From NCBI GenBank assembly GCA_903813345.2, contig CAIIXF020000001.1, positions 44,392,001-44,456,000 of the forward strand: a DNA stretch of 64,000 nt, given 5' to 3'. Under the pieces are notes generated by a model. That model made no database searches and had not been told where the DNA came from. It worked only from the letters and a program-made list of their open reading frames with translations. Positions within the stretch are counted from its first letter, which is position 1; each line of letters opens with the position of its first letter. The position numbers and the translations under genes are program-made. The stretch is from Owenia fusiformis (taxonomy: Eukaryota). Positions 39,501 to 51,285 of this stretch are shown one piece after another.

Positions 39501-42500
39501 CCAGTATTGTTCATTACTTCAATGCTCTGATAGATTTTGTACACCAGCACAGCAGTAAATAACAAAGAAACATTGTATTTATTTATAATAGTTCATGTTA
39601 TATTCAAATAATGCTTCATGTATTTAATTTTATTAATATATTACTGTATAATACTAACTGCTGAAGTTATTTTATTTGGTGTTTGAATTTTTTGTCAATG
39701 TGGTTTTGACTTGAATCCCAATAGTCTAGTATTATTTACTGTATTATAGGGAGTTTCAATTGTCATTTGAATACTTTGATGTAGTAGCCATCCTTAGCTC
39801 ATAGTCATATGAATCATGAAGGATTTTAGGGTTTGGCTTTTTCATGTAAAATCCCTTACTAGGGATTTTCGCTATGACAAATTGATTGGATGAGATGGAG
39901 TTATAGTCTTGTATCACAATGTATAAAGTTTCATTTGACTGATTACAGTTGTGTTAACATTCATAATCATAGTCAACAGTGTTTGTTGCGTCACTGATTT
40001 TTATTCTTCATCTGCTGTTACTGTTTCTTTGCCATTTAGAGCATAGTCACAGTTACTTGGGTTTCTTGATAATGTGATATCAGCATTGAATAATAAGGCT
40101 CTGATTCCATTACTGCATCATTTTGTCACAAATAGCCGAGAGGATAATCACTTCATGGACATTGTGAGATTTGAAGATGAGACGCTTCTGGGGTACATTG
40201 TATTTTCATATATTCATTATCTTGGCTGGGTCTTCTAATTCACACATGTATTTTTATCAGGAACTTTGCAGGGCAAGTTAATTTAGCCTGGTTAAATAAG
40301 TCAACACAGTCAATGTTTGCTGTTCTTCTTAGCCACATTCACAATAGGCCTAGCTGATGGCGGAGTTCCAATGTCATTTTAGTTGATTGTGTGGTAATGT
40401 CATGATTTGTACAGGTACTTGCACAACAGGGAACATCTTCAGCAAACACTGAAAAATAAGAAAAGTTCATTATATTGACATAATCACTCAAACCATACAT
40501 TTACTCTTAAGGCATTCTCAAAAATGTGTGATGTCAGATAATAAAAGTGATATTCACTCAGGTGGCAAAATTGTCAATATTTTTCTCATTTTCTTATCAC
40601 GGTATATATCCAGGCCCCGCATGATACTCATAAAAAAGTAAGTTAAGTTCGAAAAATCCTTTGCTCATATTAAAGATGTTCTAAAGCAAATATGTTGCAA
40701 AGATATCAACAAAATTATCCCCCTATTTGTGGTCTAAACATATTTAAGATAAACTACAGGCCCGTAAGACACTTTTCTCCAAGTGGGTGCGATTTTTAAC
40801 AAAGAGAAAATAAAATTGTCATTTTCCGCGTAAATCAAATCGCGTAAGTCAGGGGGGGGTCAGTTACTCTCTATATTAAGGCCACTCAGCCTATTTTGTA
40901 GTATTTTATTGTTTTCAAATTGTTTTTAGACTAAATATTGTATGAGCAATTAGGAGAAACATTGGAATAGGGAGGGTGTGCTAGAAGGCAATAGAATCAA
41001 TTAAAAGAAATTCAGATTTTTAATAATTTTCTTTTTAGAGGAGCGAGTGGGCAGCACAGGAAAATTTTACTAATTCAAGATGCTGTCTGGTTAATTCTGA
41101 GCACTTTTAATGTGTTTGAGTAAATTAATGCTTTAGTTTTTGGGATGCGGTGTCAGAATTATTTATGATTTCATTATGTCACTTGGTGATTTCTGAGCAC
41201 TTTTAAAGTGTTTAACATTAACAAATGCAACTTCAAAACATTCCCAATTGTTTTGTGGGGGGGGGTGTGAGTGTGCACTTTCAAAGTGTATTAATCAAAG
41301 GGGTGTCAAAGAGGATAAAAGGGTGAGGGTGATGGGTGCCCAACTCTCCTAGAAGATTTTACAATTTTAAGATGATATTTGGTGCTTTCTGGGCACTTTT
41401 AAAGTGTATGAGTCAATAAAAAAATGAACAACAATCATAATTTTTTCAAATCTTGGGGATGTCAAAGGGGGGCTGGGGTGCCAAAGCGGGAGGTAGGGTT
41501 TGGCTGCCAGAGGGGGGAGCAAGTGTTTGTCCCCCATATCTGTCCCCAGAAACATTGACCATATAAAGGTGCTATTTGATGAAGTCTGGGCACCTAAGAT
41601 GTGTCTTGAGACAATACATGAAATAAATTCAAAATTTTTGTCAATTGTTTTGTGGGGGATGTGAGGGGTGGCCTACTTCCTTAGAAAATTCAACAATTTT
41701 AAGATGCTATTTGGTGCTTTCTGGGGGGGTGTCCAGGGGGGGGGGGTGTCCAAGGGGGGGGGGGGGCGAGGGGGAGGTGGGATGAGAATGACAGAAGGGG
41801 AGCAAGTGTTAGTTCCCCAGAAACATTGACTATATCAAGGAGCTATTTGATGATGTCTGGGCACTTTAAAAGTGTCTGAGACAATACATAAAATAAATTC
41901 AGAACTTTTCATTTGTTTTGTGGTGGTGTGAGGGGTGGCCCACTCCCCCTAGAAAATTATACAATTTAAAGATGCTATTTGGTGCTTTCTGGACACTTTC
42001 AAAGTGTATGAGACAATAAAAAAGAAGAACAATTTTTTAGGGGGGGGGGGGGGGGGGGGGGGGCGGGGTGTCCGAGGGGGAGGTGGGGTGAGGATGACAG
42101 AGGGGGAGCAAGTATTAGTCCCCCAGAAACATTGACTATATCAAGGAGCTATTTGATGATGTCTGGGCACTTTTAAAGTGTCTGAGACAATACATAAAAT
42201 AAATTCAGAACTTTTCAATTGTTTTGTGGGGGTGTGAGGGATGGCCTACTTCCCTAAATAGTGGATTATATAAAAATGGACTGTATAACAAATACCCGGA
42301 TTTGTTGGTTTTTAAAAAGAGTAATCTGCTGGTATTATTTAGGAAGTAATGTTTAAAGGTAGTTCAAGATTTAAGACCCATCATTCTGACATAGATTGCT
42401 GAACTAATGTTAGTTAAAAATTCCTAATAGAATTAAGAATTAATAGCTGAAACTGTTCTGTTGGCCCTAGCAAACAATATCCCAATACGCATTTGAAATT

Positions 42501-45500
42501 CATTTCTGTCTATATGTGTTTACAGTCTGTGATGTCATCATCAATCTTCATCAATCTTCACAATGGGAATCAGTTGAATTCTATCTGTGACAGTGAGATT
42601 ATCTATGATGTCACATAGTAGTTTGATTTCTAAGAAATGTGGCAGAGTTCTATCTATGACAGAGATGCTTTGTGATGTCATCATGAATTATCTTGTTTCC
42701 ATTGTGATGATTGTTGATGACATCACAGACTGTCTACAAATAGACAGAAATGAAGTTGAAACACAAGTTGGAAAATTGTTTGCCAGGGCAAAACAACTGT
42801 TTCAGCTAATAATTCTTAATTCTATTAGGAATTCTTAACTAACATTAGTTCAGCAATCTGTGCCAGAATGATGGTTCTTAAATCTTGAACTACCATTAAA
42901 CATCACTTCCTAAATAATACCAGCAGAGAAATGGGGTATCTCTTTTATGCTCAGCATAAAATGGGACATCACTTTTTATGCAAGCATAAAATGGGATATC
43001 ACTTTTTATGCCAGCATAAAATGGGACATCACTTTTTATGCTGGGCATAAAAAGTGATATCAAAAAATTATTTCTTTTAGAAAGCAATAAATCTGGGTAT
43101 TTGTTACAGTTCATTTTTACAATTTTAAGATCATTTGGTGCTTTCTTTTTTTCCAAATTTTTTTTGGGGGGGTGTCAGAGGGGGTGCGGTCGCATCCGTC
43201 GCACCTCCCCCCCCCCCCCCCCCCCCATCTGACGGCCATGAAATAACATGACTACAGGGGGAAATTGACTTTCCTTGGAATATTTGACAAAACGGTTGTA
43301 GTGTCTAACATCACTTCTAATGAAGCATTACAATTATCCATTATGAGATCACACAATTCACATGACCATTATATTATAATTGTTCAAAACAGTCAAGAAT
43401 AATTTCAGTATTAGAATAGTTTCATAGTTTATTTGATAACTTATGCTAGTTAGGGCATGGGCTTTCAACTAGAATTGAAAGCCCATGGTTAGGGGCTATT
43501 CTTGCAGGATTTTTTATTTGCCCCAGGTGCCTAGATTTCTGGTTACTATGGCAACAATTTCTTAAATAATATACCAAATATTTTTTGATACATAAATACA
43601 CCATTCTATACTACACATTCTGTGAAAAATTCATTAGAATAATTGAAAAATAAAAAATTAAGAGAGATATTATGAGAACTTTATGATATACCCTCGTATA
43701 GACTATACTGAACCATTATTCATTATGAGATATTATATTGTACTTCTTATTTGTATTTAAACAATAAAAGTAATACTGTAGATTCAGTATAATTATCCCA
43801 CTGAACGAAGTTCGAGGGGGATATAGAAAAGCCGTCCATTCGTCCGTCCGTATGTGTGTCCGGGCAATAACTCAAATACCGGTTCAATGGATTTCATTCA
43901 AATTTAATAGGCTGATGCCTTATGGGTGTAGGACCTTTGCTCGAGAATCAATATGGCAGCTTAATTCAAAATGGCAGCCATTTTTCGAAAAAAAAAAAAT
44001 CTTTGATAATTCAAATACTAGTGGATGGATTTGGTTCAAATTTAATATGCTGTTGCCTCTATCATGTGTGCGAAATTGGAGAAAATCCACTGAGTGGTTT
44101 TCCTGAAATGACGATGAAAAGATTTTCCGAAAAACCTTCAAAATGGCCACCAGAAAACAAGATGGCCGCCCAAACGTTATTCAGCTCTAGAACTTGATAT
44201 CCTCTATCATGTGTGCGAATTTAGAGGAAATCTGATGAGCAATTTTCCGAGACTGAACATTCCCGGAAAATCCCTATGTCGTTGTAACATGGGATTTTAT
44301 CGTTTTTCGCAATATGACAGATTCAAGTACCTATAAATTTGCAGGGCATTGTCAGATTAAAACAACCTTTTGATGTTACTACTGGTCCATACTTTTAGAA
44401 AATGCATTATTCTTGCAGTTTTATCAAAATGGGACCCCTGGAGAAAAACAATAAAGCAAAATTTCACAGGAGTGACGATTTTTTTATTAAGGGTCTCTAA
44501 GGGACCCCTGATAAAAATACATGATTTATCAATTTTCTATACTGTATTTCAGGAAATTTCAATTTAATCTCTCAATTACAATATGTCAAAAATTGATGTC
44601 AAAGTTGAAGAATTTTTAAAAATGGAAGAACCCATGTTAACTATAGAGAAATGGTGGGTTAACTGCCCTGTCAACCTTCACGCATTAGGCGTGATTGTCA
44701 TGCATTTGCTGGGAAAATAGAAATCACGTTACCTTATCAATTTAGCGTGTGTGATCAAATATCACGCATATCAGTTATCACGCATTTTGTTGATATTTTT
44801 AAAAATCGTTTTTTGTGAAATTCCGAAACGGTAAAATACCGAACGGCGAAAAAAAGCGAACGCATTCGGTTCGGTCTTTGCACGCGATTGCATGTTTATG
44901 TCACGCATTTTGTACAAAATATGTGTATATCACGCATTTGTTTGGAAAAAATTTACACCTACCCCATTGTTAGCGATTGTTAGCGATCGCTATAGTTTCG
45001 CTAAAAATTCAATTCGCTAAAATAAACCGGGATTAAAATAAACAGGGGTTAAAATAAACCGGGCGCTAAAATTTGCAAATTCCCAGAAAACTACATGAAT
45101 ACTAGTATTTAAGGAGCTTTTCGTTCAGTGCTCGACTTCCGGTTTGTAGTTTGAAAAAGGTAAATATTTTTAAATCGTATATTTCTTTCAATATCTGAAG
45201 GATAAATAGCCATCCAATCAACGATTTTAAATGCTATACCGTTATTTTGTGATTAGTCAGATGAGATTACAGTAGTTTGGACCAATACCATGTGCGTTAG
45301 AAGTCTTACATTTTGATAATTCCTCTGTCATGTCCGTTATTCATTCTTCTGCAATAATAAAACTTAAATGCATTTCGCTAATTTGATTTTTTAAAGATTA
45401 ATCTTCATTTCGCTAAAATTTCCCGCGCTTAAACCCCCTAAAATTGAAAAATCGCTAAAATTTCCCGGTGTCAAAATTACCCGTTTTACAGTATATATTC

Positions 45501-48500
45501 GGACGGTAAAACATTTATTAAGGCGGGCTGGAAAGTAACATTTTGGTAAAAAACTGCTATACCTGCACATGTTATTTTCTGGTACAAAATTAAGTATGAA
45601 GGCATGTGTGTATTTCCTTGCTTTTTTCAGGAAAGTTTCATTACACTGTCTACTTTTAGTAAACCTGGAAACAGGTCAATGGTAGCTCCTGTGTTGTCAG
45701 AAAACTTTAAAAGAAAATTTGGAAAAATAGAAAGTGTGAAATATCAGAATTTCCTGGAGTTCCCATTGAACTCCTACCATGCAGACATTTTAAAAGAAGA
45801 CAATGTAATGATACTTTCCTGAAAAAAGCAAGGAAATTGGCACATGCCTTCATACTTTATTTTGTACCAGAAAATAATATGTGCAGGTATAGCAATTTTT
45901 TACCAAAATGTTTCTTTCCAGCTGTACCTTAAAGATAATTTCTGAGTAGACAATTGCAAATTGTTTTACTTTCTGCATGTTTGGTGTTAAGCTTACTTTG
46001 TGAGAATTACAGATATAGAGCATCAACATATTTTTGACAACTCATTTTTGACCCCTGTGTTATTTCAATGGGAGGTTTATATTGAGAAATGATTTTGACT
46101 TTTGAGATTCATAACTTTGTAAAACCTGGAGAAACAAATCAATTTTTTGTTGTGGACAAATTCAATTGTCTATTTAAATTTTATTTTTGAGAGCAATTGT
46201 ATGGATGGATATTTTCTCATACGACTTTTGGCTTGGCAACCCAACCCCTTCCAATTTGGTTTACATTGGTCCTGCCATTTTTATTAAATTCCTCAAATTT
46301 GACATCAATTTTTGACTTATTGAAACGGAGATTGAATTGAAAATTTTCTGAAATATAGAGAATAGAGTCAAGGTACATTTCCATTTACATTATCAGTTTT
46401 TCTTTCGTTTCAGGCTTTGAAAATAAGAGTTCAAACAGACATGGGGTTTAACATGTAAACCTATGAGGAAAAAGACCGGTCCTTAACTTTTTTTTGATTT
46501 GATCGCTAATTTGTCTATCAATTTAGTTGCGTTTACATTGTCTCCAAAGGTTACATGCAGATAGATACACATTGACGCAGGAAAACTTTACAATGTGCGT
46601 CATGGCATTTGGTTATAACACCTTTAAATTGAATAAATCATGAAGATTGGGAATAATGGTGTTAGAACTGTTTTTCGTAACACTGGCTTAAAAGATGGTG
46701 GGTGCATATTTTAGCTATTTAGGACAATTGTGCGATAATTAGGACCATTTCCCCTACCCATGCGGTGATAGGACCATTTCTCTTAATGTAGACTCATTAC
46801 ATACACTTTCAAATTTAGAGGAAAAAGTATTATAAGAAAAAATTAAATATGACCAATTATTAACTCTTGCTTTACCACCTACTCCCCCCTAGAAATAAAC
46901 CCACATTTGTATTGAACTCAATAAACTAGAATCTAATGAACATCATCTCTAATTTAGAAATAACTCAAATGACAAATCAAAGCCAAATCTGATATCATCA
47001 GTCAAGTCACCATTTGAGGAAAAATGGTGAAACATTCACATTTCATCTCTCTGTTTTCTATGAATTTCATTTAAAATTATTTGAGCATTTATAAAATATG
47101 AACATTATTTCAATAATATACATGTACTTACATATCAATCTGCCAAAGAAAGATCTACAAGTATTCAAATCAATTGCCTAGGACACTTTTCCAACAAAGA
47201 TTTTCTGTCAAGGCTGTGTGTCAGTCAGTCAGTGTGTGAGCCTAGATGTCTTCTGATGAATTATGAATTATGACTCATCAAACAAACAGGGTCAAAGCCA
47301 GGTCAATGTAAACAAATCTTCTTGTGTCATGGCAACCAACCATATGACAAGCAGAGAAAGTTCAAGATAGAGAATTCTTAGAATCTGATGTCATCAAACA
47401 AACATATAAACAAACATGTGTCATGGCAACCAAGGTCAAAATATTTAGCAGACAGCACAGAAAAATGGAAGAAGCAAAAGATCAACTGGCTGATTTGGAA
47501 CAAATTTGTTGCAGAATTCTGGGTATGTTTTCATGATTGTTTTTGATTTCAAACAAGTAATAAGCCTGTATAGAAGTAGAAAATATTTAAAATAATGTAA
47601 TTTGTAAATCAATCCTCAATCATGCCAATTTATATCAAAGCTGAAAATAAATTCATGACTGTCTTTGGAGCACAAAATTACAAAATTAAGTCTCCGTCTC
47701 TCAGTAATACAGTATGAAGATTAGGATAGCCTAACACAAATTTCATTTTGAATTCATATGACAAGGATAGGAACAGACATTTTGTGACTAGATCTAAGTT
47801 ATAGGCCTACATTGTACATTGCTGAAAATTAGTTTGTCATTTTCAGAATGTTGGAAAAGCAGAAAGGTGCCAACACTACAGACACAACAGATGAATTGCA
47901 ATTTAGGCAGTTGCTGAAAATGTACTTACCCCTTGGCTCCCTACACCATATGACTCTGCAGATCTGGGCCTAAACTGTTCCGTTCCATCATCATGTTGTT
48001 CTTTGTGACTGTAGCGACTATAGGCAATAGGCTAGTACACCCTCTTCACATGGATGGACCGATATTGGTGTTTACATTCTGAGGACCATGGTAAATGGTA
48101 ATACCAACATAAACAAAGGAAACTTTTGCTGTGCTGCACACTGGCTACACAGTGCATGTATTATGTACAATGTGCATACCAATTATTGTACTATGTACAG
48201 TCAATTACATTGATTACATCTACCATTTGATGTCCTGACTCCACAGCATCTAATTTGGAAATTAATCAATTTGGAAATCACTTGGAAAGGGACTTTATAT
48301 GAATAAGCCTAAAATTCCTCCTGTGACTATGAGCTAAGGATGGCTACTACATGATATGGATGGTTACATCTGGATTACAACTTACAACAAGTAAAATGTT
48401 GTCGTAAAAGCTCTGCAAATCTAGGCTACAGATCTATGGATCCTTCAAGTCAACAGAGAATTGAAATTACATTTGAAGCTCCATAACACAGTGCTAGGCT

Positions 48501-49842
48501 ACTGACAATACATTAAAGTCAAAACCAACTTAGCAAAATAAATTAATTGACGAAAAATTCAAACACCATTATAATTATCTATACTAACTTCAAAAGAATA
48601 CATATACAGTGATATATTGATTAAATCAAATGAATATAAAGTGAACTGTTATAAATAAATACAAAATTTCTTTGTTATTTACTGCTGTACTGGTATACAA
48701 AATCTATCAGAGCATTGAAATAATGACCAATACTGGTAAAAATATATAACAAATTTGTGAGCGTGTAAACTTGAAGTGAACAAATTTACTCTCATTATCT
48801 TTTGCAAAGCATAAGGACAGATCTTCTATATATGCCGACTAAAGAACAGATCTACTCCTATGCCGGGCATAAGAACAAATCTACTCTTATGCCGGGCATA
48901 AGAACAGATCTAATCTTATGCCGGGCATAAGAACAGATCTTCTCTTATGCAGGGCATAAGAACAGATCTTCTCTTATGCCGGGCATAAGAACAGATCTAC
49001 TCTTATGCCGGGCATAAGAACAGATCTTCTCTTATGCCGGGCATAAGAACAGATCTACTCTTATGCCCGGCATAAGAACAGATCTACTCTTATGCCCGGC
49101 ATAAGAACAGATCTACTCTTATGCCCGGCATAAGAACAGATCTACTCTTATGCCCGGCATAAGAATTGAACCTAATTTGCCCAAACCTCATGTTTGCTGA
49201 AGTCTGAGTATTTGTAGGATTCCGAGTTCAAATGTCGGGGTGTTATATATATTTTGTTTTATTTCAGGTGGATTTGGTACTTTCCATGCTACACTTAACT
49301 CATTTGTCCATGTGGTGATGTATACATATTATGGCTTAGCATCTCTTGGACCTGCAGTACAGAAATACCTCTGGTGGAAAAAACACTTGACTAAACTACA
49401 ACTCGTGAGTATTCTAGAAACAGATGCCATAAAAATACTTATTAGCCATACAAATTCGAAAGTGGACAGAGCTTCAGCCATTCACAAAACACTATTATAT
49501 CCCAAAAGTCGGAGGAATGTTTATGTAGTTATATTGGCTAATGTACATGTGTATAGTTTATGTATGTTAATCAACTAAACTAAAACCTTTCTGTATTTGC
49601 AGACACAGTTTACCGTGGTAACCATTCACAGTGCTCAGCTGCTCTTCATGGAAAACTGTTCTTACCCCAAACTCTTTGTATATTGGATAGGACTCTATGC
49701 GGTTATGTTCTTTGCACTTTTTGCCAAATTTTATATTGATGCCTATAGGAAAAAACCAGTTGGGAAGAAAGACCAGAATAGCAATGCAGTATCAAATGGA
49801 TTCTCTCATGGAGATGTGACGAATGCTTTAAAAAAAGATTAA
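27553..49842 (+). CDS. ELOVL7: Very-long-chain fatty acid elongase, ELOVL1/7-like (284 aa, 7 coding exons)
   Basis: Exons 27553-27598, 36725-36912, 37578-37658, 38160-38216, 38666-38771, 49268-49404 and 49603-49842 join in frame (855 nt). Motifs [34 protein letters not shown], the HVFHH histidine box, [29 protein letters not shown] and [15 protein letters not shown]1 and ELOVL7 cannot be separated in an invertebrate. Confidence 0.95.
28128..28286 (+). mobile_element. Miniature Helentron-type repeat family (other copies at about 38501-38620 and 56031-56132; partial at about 11965-12020 and 5552-5654)
   Basis: Shared 5' TTATGTCACCAC..GTGACATATTGTT and 3' GGTGGTGACATTTTGCATGTTAATGCCTTGTT (subterminal inverted repeat plus short hairpin, T-rich flanks). 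Confidence 0.7.
29832..30461 (+). CDS. LINE ORF2, C-terminal part of the apurinic-like endonuclease and linker (5' segment)
   Basis: Part of ORF 29815-30474 with GDFNA, PTR, CIDLIF, SDH and [10 protein letters not shown]; it continues in frame at 32641 once the insert and one TSD copy are removed. Confidence 0.85.
30462..32635 (-). mobile_element. 2174-bp cut-and-paste DNA transposon with CACGGTG/CATGGAG termini, TIRs of about 70 bp and a 5-bp TSD
   Basis: AACAA at 30457-30461 and 32636-32640; TIR CACGGTGCGGTAGCCAAACTG versus CATGGAGCGGTAGTCAAACTG; AAACTGCG(T/C)GC motifs repeated in the TIRs and at about 30885-30945 and 32117-32205. Confidence 0.93.
31283..32558 (-). pseudogene. Spliced, frameshifted and truncated transposase-like gene of the element
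   Basis: Exon 1 32558-32503 (ATG...AG|GTTAGT, phase 2) matches acceptor TTTCAG|32077 (R-KRKRHS); one frameshift near 31980 leads into ORF 31951-31283 with a basic NLS-like run and PT..TI...PGII...RYVISVDGK...GDIDLFG, resembling the first catalytic Asp region of a DDE transposase. Confidence 0.6.
32641..34852 (+). CDS. LINE ORF2 reverse transcriptase and C-terminal region (3' segment)
   Basis: Uninterrupted ORF (32579-34852 in the track) with typical non-LTR RT motifs including YADD. Confidence 0.93.
39029..39385. repeat. Tandem array of a 29-bp palindromic unit (left arm)
   Basis: About 11-12 copies of CTTATGCC(G/C)GGCATAAGAG(T/A)AGATCTGTT with no spacers. Confidence 0.95.
40757..43240. mobile_element. 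Nested MITE-like element with G-tract-rich tandem units of about 300 bp
   Basis: CAGGCCCGTAAG ... CTGACGGCCATG ends of the same style as 6801-7009; AAGATGCTATTTGGTGCTTTCTGG...CCCCAGAAACATTGAC units repeated at about 41370-42255. Confidence 0.55.
42268..43121. mobile_element. Diverged foldback palindrome with 30-bp TTTTATGCNNGCATAAAA repeats
   Basis: About 42280-42545 mirrors about 42710-43110; four units of TTTTTATGC(CA/TCA/AA/TGG)GCATAAAA at about 42944-43052. Confidence 0.8.
43792..44330 (+). mobile_element. Helentron-type (HINE) element, same family as the copy at 61001
   Basis: ATTATCCCACTGAACGAAGTTCGAGGGGGATATAGA..GCCG then (GTCC)n; a TGGGAT subterminal repeat near 44290; homologous to about 61001-61260. 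Confidence 0.7.
44535..46365. repeat. Diverged inverted-repeat pair enclosing further TE fragments
   Basis: TATTTCAGGAAATTTCAATTTAATCTC..GTCAAAAATTGATGTCAAAGTTGAAGAATTT (about 44546-44625) is mirrored at about 46275-46355. Confidence 0.65.
45522..45928. mobile_element. Kolobok-like palindromic MITE (TTAA TSD, GG...CC ends)
   Basis: TTAA at 45518-45521 and 45929-45932; TIRs of about 120 bp beginning GG..GCTGGAAAG.AACATTTTGGTAAAAA.TGCTATACCTGCACAT. Confidence 0.8.
48806..49163. repeat. Tandem array of the 29-bp palindromic unit (right arm, inverted)
   Basis: About 11-12 copies of CTTATGCC(C/G)GGCATAAGAACAGATCT(A/T)CT. Confidence 0.95.
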
Positions 49843-50907
49843 AGAAGTGAACATGAGTATTTCGAAATCTCATAGTTTTAAATCCATATTGAAACATGTT
49901 TTGTATATTGATGGTGACAGTTGACATCTGTGTTTTAGTGTATATCTTTTGTCACAATCATCAACACAATTATCCATGTTGTTGTCATCATTATTGTTCA
50001 TGATGTTGCAGTCATTCCTGTTTTAGAGAAGATCAACTGTGACCAGTCTTCCAATCAATGATGCTACACATGGTTTTATATCTAAAATTTCACAGATTTT
50101 CCTTTTCCTTTAAAATTACGTCTAAACTCATCAGATTTTTTCATCGTCAGATTGAGTGATTTAGTTAATTAATTAGTATAAAAAGTATAACCTAATTTCA
50201 TATTTCATTCATCAATAAATTCAATTTCTGTCTATTCATATTCATATACATATGTTGGTCTAGCTTCAAGCCCCCGTGACCCCCTTCCCACCACTTTACT
50301 ACTCACCTTCTCACTTAGGGGTGAGGTGTGTTGTAGTGGGGGGGGGGGGCTCACAAGGACTTGTAGCTAGACTATACACATGTCCCCCTTGTGTTATTAT
50401 AACAGTTCTATGGTGATTATTATGTTCCCTTTGCATGTAGTATCTATTGACATTAAGACGTCTTACCCATTGATAGCAAATATACTTATTGATGTGGTAA
50501 TAATATTGAATGCATTTAGAGAATATGAACAATATACCCATCTGTGTATATATGGCTAAAAATGTTGTATGTGGACAATATTGTATACATATTATTATTG
50601 TTATATACTAGTGTTTACATTATAAATTAAAACGCTTAAGTAGTCCTGCTTCAAGCCCCATGTCTTCTCTCCATACACACCTTTACTTTACAATGTACCT
50701 GAAGTAGATGAGCTTTTGGGGAAAATTATTTCATAGTTTTGCCTCATATTTATTATTAACCATGGTGCAATATCAGACTCATAAGTTACAGTTCAACATC
50801 GAAAAAATGTTAAGTGTTTTGCAGAATCTAAAGGGATTCTTATATCACATAAATTGCATCTCAATAAAAAATAGCAACTGAATTGGTGGTCTATAAAAGA
50901 GTATGTA

Positions 50908-51285
50908 TACCCTGCGTGCAGAGTCTAGTTAAACTACACTCTGCCTAGTAGAGACCATATTACAGTTTAGTAGCCCCGCCCCCACGACGGGTACCAGTGA
51001 CAGTTTGGGTAATAAATTACTTTTGACCTACGCGCAGACCTTTCTTACACCAGTCAGCGAGCTTGAAGAAACATATGCCAAATGCGTTCTAATTAAATAT
51101 GCGCATGTCATTGGTCAATTCCGAGCTCAACGATGACGTCAGAAGGAATGACCATATATAGAACGTCGGTCAAATTTGGCCGACGAACACTGATTGGCGC
51201 GGTGAGTTCACAGGTTTATTTTAGTTTGAAAGGGTGAAGACGAAGCTCTCTTTTAAGAAGTGAAGTCAAACGAATGCAAAGGGTA
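50908..51285 (+). mobile_element. 378-bp MITE with TACCCT...AGGGTA ends and a 9-bp TSD (AcademH- or Mutator-like)
   Basis: GAGTATGTA at 50899-50907 and 51286-51294; a closely similar inverted copy lies at 61635-62011. Confidence 0.9.

Larger units (their letters stand above)
38949..49243. mobile_element. 10.3-kb foldback DNA element in ELOVL coding intron 5, inverted arms of about 900 bp, inserted in a TA-rich site
   Basis: ACACCCCGACATTTGAACTCGGAATCCTACAAATACTC... at 38949 is mirrored ending at 49243; inverted similarity continues to GTAGTAGCCATCCTTAGCTCATAGTCA (39781 versus about 48324-48350). Exact TSD is ambiguous within TATA. Confidence 0.92.

Noticed and set aside
41722..42090. Long G tracts as a functional G-quadruplex element
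   Set aside because: They lie in tandem units of a nested repeat, homopolymer lengths are error-prone and nothing indicates function.
38949..49243. Polinton/Maverick
   Set aside because: Size and long TIRs are suggestive, but there is no polB, integrase or capsid ORF, no AG-repeat terminus and no clear 6-bp TSD.
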